From positions 87,854,001 through 87,918,000 of the forward strand of contig OX597824.1 in assembly GCA_951406725.2 (NCBI GenBank): DNA of 64,000 bases. The letters are read 5' to 3'. Of the stretch, positions 50,674 through 61,445 are shown piece after piece (the first letter of the stretch is position 1; each line of letters opens with the position of its first letter). This stretch comes from Octopus vulgaris (lineage: Eukaryota). The notes below the pieces were generated by a model that was not told the DNA's origin, did no database searches, and worked only from the letters and a program-made list of their open reading frames with translations. Made by a program: the position numbers and the translations under genes.

Positions 50674-50821
50674 ATGCCTGGACGTCGGATCACACGCAAG
50701 TTATCCTACACTGACGAGACCATAAAAGCAGCTATAACAGCAGTCAAAGCTGGAATGACTTTAAGGAAGGCATCCTTGCATTATAACATACCGAAATCAA
50801 CATTAGCCGATAGACTTTCAG
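50674..50821 (+). CDS. Pogo-transposase-derived gene, coding exon 1 (pipsqueak-type HTH)
   Basis: MPGRRITRKLSYTDETIKAAITAVKAGMTLRKASLHYNIPKSTLADRLSG; G|GTAGGT phase-1 donor; acceptor ttttaattag at 50640. Confidence 0.85.
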
Positions 50822-51479
50822 GTAGGTGATGTTTCACATCTTGGCAATATATTACTCTCTTTTACTCTTTTACTTGTTTCAGTCATTTGACTGCGGCCAT
50901 GCTGGAGCACCGCCTTTAGTCGAGCAAATCAACCCCGGGACTTATTCTTTGTAAGCCCAGTACTTATTCTATCGGTCTCTTTTGCCGAACTGCTAAGTGA
51001 CGGGGACGTAAACACACCAGCATCGGTTGTCAAGCAATGCTAGGGGGACAAACTCAGACACACAATCACAGACACACAAACACACACACATATATACGAC
51101 AGGCTTCTTTCAGTTTCCGTCTACCAAATCCACTCACAAGGCATTGGTCGGCCTGGGGCTATAGCAGAAGACACTTGCCCAAGACGCCACGCAGTGGGAC
51201 TGAACCAGGAACCATCTGGTTGGTTAGCAAGCTACTTACCACACAGCCACTCCTGCACCTATATAAGATGCATTTAAAAAATTTACGACATTATTTTAGT
51301 ATTCTATATTTAAGAGATGAAGAATTATGTACATTATTTACATATGATGGATATTTGTCCTCATCTTGTTTGTTGTTAACACAATGCTTCGGCTGATATA
51401 CCCTCCAGCCTTCGTTAGAGATGTCTTGGGGAAATTTCGAACCTGGGCATATGGCGTAGTGGTTAAGAGCCCCCACCAA

Positions 51480-51525
51480 GACACCTGAAGAAGGTTGGAG
51501 GCTATATCAGCCGAAATGTTGTGTT
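51480..51525 (+). ncRNA. Minimal hammerhead motif (Penelope pseudo-LTR), with an inverted degenerate partner at ~51378-51425
   Basis: gacac-CTGAAGA-a-ggttg...cagcc-GAAA-tg-TT-gtgtt. Confidence 0.55.
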
Positions 51526-51849
51526 AACAGCAAACAAGATGAGGACAAATATCCATCAAAGGTAAATAATGTAAATATTATTTTATTGTTCAAATGACTT
51601 TTTGTATCCCCCAAATATTTGTTTTTTTTGTCATTATGCATTCATAGTAAGTTTCAAATTTTGGTCCAAAGCCAGAAAGTTTTGAGGAGGCAGTAAGTTT
51701 ATTGAATTCTTTAAAACCTTCATGATTCCTGAAATTTGCCAACACTACACCTGATACCTGTTCCCTCCATACACATGCACACATGTATATCATGACTCAT
51801 ACACTGTTCACTTTCCTGACTTTTCTACATAATCCTATGTACTGTACAA

Positions 51850-52225
51850 GCCGTCACCTGAATCTCCGGCCTCTCCCTTCGGTGCTTCTACAACGGCACT
51901 TAAGGTGGTTCGGTCATGCGGCCCGGTGTCCAGAGGGTGAGCTGATTCGCGATGATCTCCTTCCACCTCCACTTCCCAGCTGGCGCAAATGCAAGGGTGA
52001 ACAGCTGAAGACCTGGGCAACGACGATAAAGGAGGACCTCTCTGAGCTCTCAGGTCTGCAGGTGGTCGGTCTGCGCAGATGGAACCGTGAATGGCTTGCT
52101 ATCTCCAGTGACCTTGCACAGGACCATCGAGCGTGGGCAGCCATGGTTCGTGATGCCGTTAGGAACAGAGAAGAAGCTGGCTCAACCCGCCCTGGGTGAA
52201 CGCCGTCACAAGTACAAGTAAGTAC
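51850..52225 (+). mobile_element. RTE-clade LINE 3' fragment
   Basis: LLQRHLRWFGHAAR...LKTWATTIKEDL...LAQDHRAW; caagta repeats at the tail. Confidence 0.8.
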
Positions 52226-52279
52226 TGTACATGCACCTTTGATGCGTTGTAATGCACCTGAGCACTATACACAATAATT

Positions 52280-52319
<40 letters not shown>

Positions 52320-52322
<3 letters not shown>

Positions 52323-52882
52323 ATCAACCCCAGTGCTCAATCAACCCAAAAGGACGAAAAGTGAAGTTGACCTCGGCAGAATTTGAACTCAGTATGTAAA
52401 GACGGATGAGATGCTGCTAAGCATTTTGTCCGACATGCTAACAATTCTGCCAGCTCACCACCACTTGTCGATCCAATTTAACACAGTTTCAAATTTTGGC
52501 ACAAGGCCAGGAATTTTTGAGGAGGGATTACATCAACCGCAGTACTCAACTTGGTCCTTATTTTATTAACCCCACCCCCACCCCCCACCCTACCCTGAAA
52601 AGAATGAAAGGCAAAGTCGACCTTGGCAGAATTTGAACTCAGAACGTAAAAGCAGACGAAATACCTATTTCTTTAATACCCACAAGGACCTAAACACAGA
52701 GAGGACAAACGGATTAAGTCGATTACATCGACCCCAGTGCGTAACTGGTACTTATTTAATCGACCCCGAAAGGATGAAAGGCAAAGTCGACCTCGGCGGA
52801 ATTTGAACTCAGAACGTAGTGGCAGACTAAATACTGCTAAGCATTTCGCCCGGCGTGCTAACGTTTCTGCCAGCTCGCCACC
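52320..52882 (-). mobile_element. SINE family B cluster
   Basis: Several units matching family B. Confidence 0.8.
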
Positions 52883-53067
52883 TTTATTTTGCATTCAAAA
52901 TAATGAAATGTTTAAGATTCCCGCTGGGTTGATTAAAATATTTCTTTACTTTCTACCACATATCCTCACCTGCACTTAGTCACGAAATAACCCAAACAAA
53001 TTTAATTTAATTTAATTCTTAGATCTTTTTTGCATTTCTTCCCTGACAACATTTATGTTCTCTTTAG

Positions 53068-53189
53068 GAAAAAGATCAGCTTTGCCTGTCAGAGGCCCAA
53101 AACCTGTACTAACAAAAGACGAAGAGAAATGTTTGAAGTGTTGGATCAAAGATATGTCAAAATATGGATTCAAGTTAACGGGGGAAGCG
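53068..53189 (+). CDS. Pogo-transposase-derived gene, coding exon 2 (CENP-B-type HTH)
   Basis: tctttag acceptor, GTATGT donor; (G)KRSALPVRGPKPVLTKDEEKCLKCWIKDMSKYGFKLTGEA; phases match both neighbours. Confidence 0.87.
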
Positions 53190-53924
53190 GTATGTTTTCT
53201 ATTTATCTTAAATTAATTCATGATATTTTATCTTTTATCTTTTACTTATTTCAATCATTGGACTGCTGCCAAGCTGGGGCACTGCCTTAAAGGCTTTAAT
53301 CAAACAAATTGATTTCAGTATTTGTTTTTTTCTTTATTTTTGATACTTATTCTGTCAGTCTTTAGCTAAGCTATGGAGACATAAACAAACCAACACCAGT
53401 TGTCGAGTGGTGGGTAAACAAACATAAAGATACTCCCCCATGTGTGTGTGTTTATGTGTGTGTGCGTGTGTTTATGTGTGTGTGTGTGTGTGTGTGTGTA
53501 CGTGTATGTATATTATTGGCTTCCACACAGTTCTTATCTCCCAGGTTCACTGACAAGGCGTTGGTTGACCTGGGGCTATAGTTGAAGACACTTACCCAAG
53601 GTGTTGCACAGTAGTATTGAACCTGAAACTGTGCGGTTGCAAAATGAGCTGCTTAACCACACAGCCATGCCTGCACTTTATCTTAAATTTATTCATGATA
53701 TTTTATCTTTTACTTATTTCAATCATTGGACTGCGGCCAAGCTGGGGCACTGCCTTGAAGGATCTAATCAAACAAATTGACTTCAATACTTGTTTTTTAA
53801 GTCCAATACTTATTTTATAGAAAATTAAATTTTTTTTTTTAAGATAACATTTGTTAAGAATGGTTAATTTTTACTTGATTGAAAATAGAAAAATAATTGA
53901 AATTTGTTTCTTTTTCTATAATAG

Positions 53925-55565
53925 ATCCGTCAATGTGTCAAACAATATCTGGATCAATGTGAATGGAAAGTCGATATGTTCATGGATAATTTACCAGGAA
54001 AGTCGTGGTTGTATGGATTTATGTCGAGACACCAAGATCTAAATATAGGTTCGGTCAACAAATTGAAGGGCAATAAAAAACCAATGACCGCAAAAGAAAA
54101 TCATACGCGTGACTGGTTGAAACGCTTCCAAGAAATGCTTTTGGAAGAAGACATTACACAGTCAGAACAAATCTATTATTGTGATGAGATTAGCTTTCCA
54201 TTGCATTCAAAAACTGGGAAACTTGCAACGGACGTCTTAATGAAAGACGACTATCGTTTAACTTCTCCAGGCTATTCACAAATAACTGTACTGATGGCTG
54301 TATGTGCTGACGGAAGAACCCTTTTGCCGTTTGTTGTGTACCCTGCTAAGACTTTCAGTGTTTCTATAACGATTGATCTCCCGGCTGGTACAAAAGCTAT
54401 TCATTCAGATTGTGGAGGGATGACACAAAACACCTTTTACTCGTGGCTGAAAGATTGTTTCATTCCGTCTCTCCCGACCCTTGAAAATCGGGGCAACGTT
54501 GTATTATTGTTGGATGATCATAAATCGCATAAAGATATTTGTTGTAGCACTTTGTGCAAAGTAAACAATGTTATTCTTTTTTGTTTGCCATCGCGTTGCA
54601 ATCAAATTCTACAACCATTGACCAATATATATGCAGAACCATTGAAAGCCAAGTGGCTCCAAGCATGTGAAGAATGGATCCGAACTAACGGTGTTTCTGT
54701 TGATAAAATAACTTTTGCTAGAGTTTTCAAGAAAGCTCATATAAATGCTTTAAATGAATTATCCGTTGTAAGTAACTTTGCACTTGCGGGTATCTGGCCC
54801 TTAAATCAACATATTGACCATGAGGCTACCGACATTTCACCAACATCTATCACTGATTTAGATGTTTCTTCAATTTCATTATCTGATACGCACCATGGAT
54901 TAACTTCTCAACCGGTAGCATCTTCTCTGGTATTAAACGTATCTAATATAAGTAATGAGACTGAACTTGAGGAAGCTTCATCTTTTAATCCGTTTGAATT
55001 AAAAATTGCATCCACTTCCAAAGAATCAATGTCGCCATCACCACAACCTCTTTCTTCTTCTGTGATTACATCAATTTTGCAAAGCAGTGGAACTTCATCT
55101 TTGAATGGTCAAAGTAACTCTGAGGTCATCACACCTCGACATTCACCAACGAAATCGAAAGTGCTTTTAGCACTTGAGGCAATAGAGACAACACTTAGTC
55201 CTGATGAACAAATCTTGTACAGAAGAAACTTTGAGTTCAGTCTTCCGTGTGATGATGTTGTGTATCATTGCTGGAAGCTGCTAAAACTGCATTTAAAGAA
55301 AGAAGAAAGCAACCAGCTGAAATTAGAATATAACCAAGCCAAGAAAGATTCATTGGTAACTCAGAAAAAGTTATACAATCTCTTGAAAACCAAGCAAAAA
55401 GCAATAAAGTCAAGAAAAAATGACCTTCCGAAAGGGAAACAAAAGCCGAGAACTAAACGGGATACTAAAACAGCAATGAAAATAAGGACCACAAGGGATA
55501 CTAAAACAGCAATGAAAATAAGGACCACAAAGAAAAAGAATGCAAATTTAAAAGTAACCAGGTAA
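53925..55565 (+). CDS. Pogo-transposase-derived gene, coding exon 3 (end of CENP-B HTH, DDE_1 domain, S-rich and basic tail); spliced product ~636 aa
   Basis: tttttctataatag acceptor; PGKSWLYGFMSRH, IYYCDEISF, TVLMAVCADGRTLLPFVVY, LLLDDHKSH, LPSRCNQILQPLT, FALAGIWPLN. Confidence 0.9.
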   Translation: MRQCVKQYLDQCEWKVDMFMDNLPGKSWLYGFMSRHQDLNIGSVNKLKGNKKPMTAKENHTRDWLKRFQEMLLEEDITQSEQIYYCDEISFPLHSKTGKLATDVLMKDDYRLTSPGYSQITVLMAVCADGRTLLPFVVYPAKTFSVSITIDLPAGTKAIHSDCGGMTQNTFYSWLKDCFIPSLPTLENRGNVVLLLDDHKSHKDICCSTLCKVNNVILFCLPSRCNQILQPLTNIYAEPLKAKWLQACEEWIRTNGVSVDKITFARVFKKAHINALNELSVVSNFALAGIWPLNQHIDHEATDISPTSITDLDVSSISLSDTHHGLTSQPVASSLVLNVSNISNETELEEASSFNPFELKIASTSKESMSPSPQPLSSSVITSILQSSGTSSLNGQSNSEVITPRHSPTKSKVLLALEAIETTLSPDEQILYRRNFEFSLPCDDVVYHCWKLLKLHLKKEESNQLKLEYNQAKKDSLVTQKKLYNLLKTKQKAIKSRKNDLPKGKQKPRTKRDTKTAMKIRTTRDTKTAMKIRTTKKKNANLKVTR

Positions 55566-57294
55566 AAATAAAACAAATACTGCTGCAAACCTGGTTGACT
55601 TATAAAAAAAGCTGAAGTTGTTTACTCTTCTGAGGAATCAGAACCTTCAAGTCAAGAGAAAAAAGACCGAGTTCTAACTTGCATGGTTTTTTTTGTCTGA
55701 TATGTAGAATATGTTATATTCAAAAAGATAAGAATGGGTAGATTTTGCTGATAGAAGGAGGACAATGCAAGCTGGGTGGAATACTTCATGGAGACTCTAA
55801 ATCACCCCTGGTCATCTGATACTCTCACAGTAGCTGACCGGATGGCAAAACAGCTTCAAGGTACAAGGGAACCCATTATTGAAGATGAGGTCATCTGGGC
55901 TCCCAAAAAACCTAAAGAACAGTAAAATTCCAGCTCAGGATCTCAGATTCAGAAACAATGGTCTAGAATTAATGCAAGTTTAGATAACAATACATAATAA
56001 AGGACAATGATGTGACATTGTCGTTGTCTGTAAAATGTGGGAAAATAATGTTGAGAAAAAAAATTGTAACTTAATGAATTGATCTTTTTTTTATGTAATA
56101 AATTTTTAATCAAAAGAAGATGAATTGATTGAATTAATTAAACAATATTCCTTCTACTCTTTTTAATGCTTGAATATGTTGAAATGTTTGAATAAAGAAT
56201 ACAATATTAAAGTAGATTATTATGCAAACAAACACACATATGTTTATTATGTGTGTATTCTCAGTGAAGCATTGTTTCATTGAGCAAGACACTTTTTCAC
56301 ATTGACCCAGTCCACTCAGCTGGCAAAAATGAGTTGTACCTGTATTTTAAAGGACTGGCTGTGTCACATTCTGTGCCATGCTGAATGTTCCTGTATATAT
56401 ATATTTTTGAAATTCCATCTATAATAATTCCATATGAATTTGATTGTTATATGTTAAAGATGATCTCAAACTATTGCTAAAACCTTTTTACAACATTGTT
56501 GCTGGACCTTGCAAAACACTCCAAAATCTGAAATTCGATAAGAACAGCTGTTTTCTTTCTTCTTGGCTCTCTTTCTCCTTTAGAAAATTGGAGGTTGGAG
56601 CTTTAAAATATATTAAAAACAGCCAACCAGAAATAGAAGAATTTGGAAATTGGTACTCTGTTGATTATGACAGTGTGTGTTTGGTGGTTTGGTTGTGTTG
56701 GAGGATCTTGTGGTTTGCTGCGCTAGAGAAGACACATCAATCTAAGTAAAATCATGGCTGTCCATACATACAGACATGTCCTCTACATCCCTTCTTCAAC
56801 TGAGAGGTCCCAGTCTTGTGGGCTTGTGGGCATTGGTGACATGTAAACATGCCCATGTTGGTGCCACATCAAAGCACCAGTGCTGGTGTCACACAAAAGC
56901 ACCAATTCCGGTGCCACTTAAAAGCACTGTGTTGGTGCCATGTGAAAGCGCCCTTAACACTACCATGTAAAAGTATCCATTGTGGTGCCACAAAAAAAGT
57001 GGCCATGCAAAAGCACCCGATATGCTCTGTAAAGTGGTTAGCGTTAGGAAGGGCATCCAATTGTAGAGACCCTACAAAAATAGACAAATGGAGCAGTTCT
57101 CCAGCTGGTCAACTCCTGTGAAACCATCCAACCCATGCCAGCATGGAAAACATGTATGTATATATGTATGCATGCACGCACACACACACGTTTGCGTGCA
57201 TGTGTGTGTGTGTATGCGTTTGTGTCTTGACATCGCGTGACGGTTGTAAATGATTGTCACTATCTTAAAAGCAGTGTCATTCATTTCCAATCAA

Positions 57295-57690
57295 TATATA
57301 TAAAGCTGAAGTTGTCTGTGTCTGTGTGTGGCAGGTTTGGTAGCCTTCAACTAACACTATCTCCTCCAAGACCCTGTGGTGCAAGTTGACCAAAATTGAG
57401 AGTATGATAGAAGAAGGCTTGCTCTTCATTCCACAGAAGAAAAAAATTCAAATCGGACCATGTTAACACCAAAAATTATTTACATCAAAAAGGTGCTTTT
57501 TTTCTATGAAAATCCCTATTTTTTACGATTTTTTTTTACTGCTGTGTCGCCATTTTTCAGTGTATTTCAACCAGAAAAATGTTCACTTAAAGAGAATAAC
57601 AAGCTACATAATGCAAAAATTTTTACTTTTCAAAAATTCCAATTCTAAAGGGTCAAAACAAGCCTGAGCAACGCCGGGCGATACTGCTAG
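57295..57690 (+). mobile_element. Non-autonomous Helitron-like element
   Basis: Same family; hairpin plus CTAG|T end. Confidence 0.75.
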
Positions 57691-59141
57691 TATTCTATAA
57701 GAATGTATCAAGACACGGGGAAACATTACCTTGCTTGGAAACAGGTGAGGATTGATGACAGGAAGGGCATCTGTCCATAGAATATCTCCCCCAATGCACT
57801 CAATAAACTCCGTCCAATCCATGGCAACCATGGAAAAGTGAATGTTAAAATGATGAAGAGGATAATGATTCATACTATGTATTTTTTTACTTGTTTCAGT
57901 CATTTGACTGTGGCCATGCTGGAGCATCGCCTTTAGTTGAACAAATCGACCCCAGAACCTATTCTTTGTAAACCTAGTACTTATTCTATTGGTCTCTTTT
58001 CCTGAACTGCTAGGTTATGGGGACAAACACACACACATATATATAAACAACACTCTCGGAGTGGTTAGCGTTCGGAAGGTCATCCAGCTGTAGAAACTCT
58101 GCCAGATCAGATTGGAGTCTGGTACAGCCATCTGGTTCACCAGATCTCAGTCAAATCGTCCAACCCATGCTAGCATGGAAAGTGGACGTTAAACGACGAC
58201 GATGATGATGATGATGATCTATATGACGGGCTTCTTTCAGTTTCCATCTAACAAATCCACTCACAAGGCTTTGGTCGGCCCAAGGCAATAATAGAAGACA
58301 TTTGCTCAAGGTGCCACACAGTGGGACTGAACCCGGAACTAAGTAGTTCGGAAGCAAGCTACTTACCACACACCCACCCTGTGCCTGGGATTTTTTGAAG
58401 TTGTAAATATAAAGTATGGAAAAAACTTTAAGTACCTTTCAATGAAGAGCAGCAAAAGTTTTTTTTTATCCAGTTTAAGGTATAATGGGTATATTAGTTA
58501 GACTAAGGTATAATTGAAAAAAAGATAATTATTTTTAATTATATGTTACGTTTGTGGATGGGGATTTTAAGCATGTGAAGGACATCCTTGTTTTAACTTA
58601 GCTGAGGGGTAAATCCCAGGAACAAACTGTTCTACTGGTTTATCAGAAAACTAGGTTAATTGAAATTGAATGGACTCTGTGCCAAATTATATGGTGAAGT
58701 TAAGCTGGTGATTTAATGATACAGGTTAAAAAAAAAAGACATCAGAACGAGGTTTCCTGTCTTCAGCATAGATTAAGTAAGTTGACAAGCAGGACAATAA
58801 GGAAATGAGCTGAGATCCACTCTGAGAGAATGGAAAGCTTAGTTAAGTCCTGACAAGGCTTCCTATTGCATGTATATGCAGTGACTGGGTGTACATCCAA
58901 TGTGTAGATAGAACTTAATGGCAGAGTCAAAATTAGATATGATTTTTGTATAGTGATTCAGAAATTATTAAAAATATTTATAAAATTAGGCGTAGGAGTG
59001 GCTGTGTGGTAAGTAGCTTGCTTACGAGCCACACACGACAAATAAAATACAAGGGAAAACGAACTCAAAGCATAAATATAAAAAAAAAATTATCAAGTGT
59101 TTATTTCGATCTACAGATCTTTCAACAATCTCTGATGTTCT

Positions 59142-59347
59142 GGCCATCTTTCGGTACAAGTACCATAACTGCCACGTGTGTTTGTTTACATTTGAAGAAG
59201 AAGATCGTCACTCTCCGGGAATTTTTTTATATATGGGGGGTTCGGGTTAGGTGTGGGAGAAAAGGGTTTCTTTTTTCTTCAGAAATGTAAACAAACCCAC
59301 GTGGGTTTCTAATTGGCAGTTATGGTACTTGTACCGTAAGATCGGCC
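59142..59347. mobile_element. MITE with ~33-bp TIRs
   Basis: ggccatctttcggtacaagtaccataactgcca / tggcagttatggtacttgtaccgtaagatcggcc. Confidence 0.75.
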
Positions 59348-59907
59348 CTTTTGGTTTTAAGTCTAGTTTTCTTTTTCGTATCGACACCTTTATATCGATG
59401 TAGATTACTTGTTATAGTCAACGTAGGTAATGGCAGTTACCTCCCTGCCATTAGTCGTCTGCTTAAAGTAAAAACTAGGCGAGGCTTACTAACCAGCAGT
59501 GTCAATTCCCTGCCATTAGTCGTCTGCTTAAAGTAAAACTAGGCTACTAATCAACAGTGTCAATGCGGACGTTGTGTCAATTACAAAATAACTTAAACCA
59601 ATTAGTGTTGTTGTTGCTAGAAAGACGGAAGTCTGTTTAATTCTGGTCTTCACGCTGAAGAGTTCCACCACATGGTTAGCAACGTGTGTCACATTCAAGG
59701 AACTCCTTCTTCACGATCACACGTGTTGCGAATTTTAATTTGTTTTTACCCTAACCAAGCTTCTGCTGAATGAAAAGAATTTACTGTCGTCATGATTATA
59801 AAGTATGAAAACTAATTACTAGTTTTCATTTATATATTTATTTTCAGAAAATATAGGCGTGTTTACAATATATTTTGTGTTGCGAATATTTGATAAAAAT
59901 TAAAGCC

Positions 59908-61026
59908 ATGGATATTCTGAATTCAGAAATAAACCTTTTTCAAGTGACTCTAAATATTGTGAACGATTCCGGTGATGCTATCGACCATTCTCTTGTTACA
60001 GATATCATTGTACAGCTCTTAACTCGGATATCGAAACGTGTATCTTCGAGCACCAGTATGGAGCAGCTGGTTCAAACCACACCTTCTCTTGATCGGATAA
60101 TTAAAACATATCAAGACAACAACATTGGATGTGTTGTATCAAGTGATGCGATTAAACCTATTATAGGTGAAATCGTCACTGAATTCTATTCAAAACTTTT
60201 ACAATTCCAACATAATTTACCTCTCGGTTTTAGTATACCTTACGAACAGCTGGCGCCGCTCTGTGATGTTTTTATTTTATGTCTAGACTTGTGCCCCCAT
60301 TCAATCCAAAACAACATCATTCATATGTTTAAGACGTCGATTTTGCATTATATCCACGAAAACCCGACTGCTTTTGGTAAATATCAAATTACATGTTCGT
60401 TTGTCGATGTTCGGATTGTTATCGAAACCTTAAAAAGAATTTTAAGGAAAGCCTCCGCCGTAAATTTTGAATTTCCAATCGTAGGAGAAATTGTCCAATG
60501 CCTGTACCCAGTATTTATTGAAGCTTTAAAAGTTTTTGATGAGACCTTAGTCGGTCAGATTAGTTGTACATTATTGAAAGATATGATACGATCTTGTGAC
60601 GATTACTATCCACAAGCTGTGGCCCTTTGGGCAGTAATTGCTGACATTTCAAAAGAGACTGAAACCTGTCCAGACGAAGTTTATAACTGCAAACCACTGA
60701 CCATTCTATGTTCTCTAGCTGACTTTTGGTTCCCTGTTAAACAGAATATTCAAAGTGAACAATTTCTAGATCTCCGTCGCGACCCGCTCTTCTGGAATTT
60801 ATTACAGCAGGGGTTTAGTCAAAGTAATTCGCTGGCGAGAAAACAGTCTATATATCTGCTAAAACGAATTGTCGATATATGCAATGAAACTCAGGAAAAC
60901 TTGGAGTGTTCTCTTTCAGAAAGTCATCAAGTGCCATTATTTTGGTGGGACAAACAACATTCCCATCAACTAACAAAACTCTGGGACGATTTTATTATTC
61001 TGTTTGAAATATTCGAAGAAAAACAG
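59908..61026 (+). CDS. TARBP1: tRNA (guanosine(18)-2'-O)-methyltransferase TARBP1, first coding exon
   Basis: 373 codons ending CAG|GTATAT; FWNLLQQGF...LARKQSIYLLKRIV...PLFWW...LTKLWDDFIILFEIFEEKQ resembles human RKRARYLLQRAV...PSLFWW...LKFWENYILIMETLEGNQ. Confidence 0.85.
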
Positions 61027-61196
61027 GTATATATTTATTAATAAATTCCAGTTTATAAATTTTTAAAGTTCTATTTTGGTTGGCAGGGCTACACTGATTT
61101 ACTTTACTTGTGAATTTAAAACCTGAAATTCCTTTTCCTGTCTTACTGTTTAATGGAGATATTATTAACACTAATATGTTAAAACATCAACAATAT

Positions 61197-61445
61197 GGTA
61201 CTACTTGAGAACAGTGGTCCCGGTGCGCGCACTCGCGTACTCGCGCATCTGCGCTAGCTAGTCATGACTAGTCGATCCTTACTTTGCGTTTTTGTGTGTT
61301 ATTTACTTTGTTTAAAAAATTATTTATTTTGTGTTTTATTTACTTTGCTAGGTAGTCGTTGTAGGATCGACTAGTCACGACTAGCTAGCGCGGATGCGCG
61401 ACTACGCCAGCGCGCGCACCGGGACCACTGTTCTCAAGTAGTACC
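61197..61445. mobile_element. Mutator-like (MULE) MITE
   Basis: ~85-bp TIRs starting GGTACTACTTGAGAACAGTGGTCCCGGTGCGCGC; perfect 9-bp TSD caacaatat (61188-61196, 61446-61454). Confidence 0.85.

Noticed and set aside
50731-50800. CTGACGA...GAAA hammerhead-like pattern
   Set aside because: Lies in the psq-HTH coding exon; stems do not pair
56488-56600. Possible minus-strand terminal exon (PTSNFLKEKESQEERKQLFLSNF...)
   Set aside because: Weak acceptor, no recognisable homology, no upstream exon identified
58735-58830. Possible C/D snoRNA (minus-strand CTGA with rRNA-like guide)
   Set aside because: No C box and only short, imperfect rRNA complementarity
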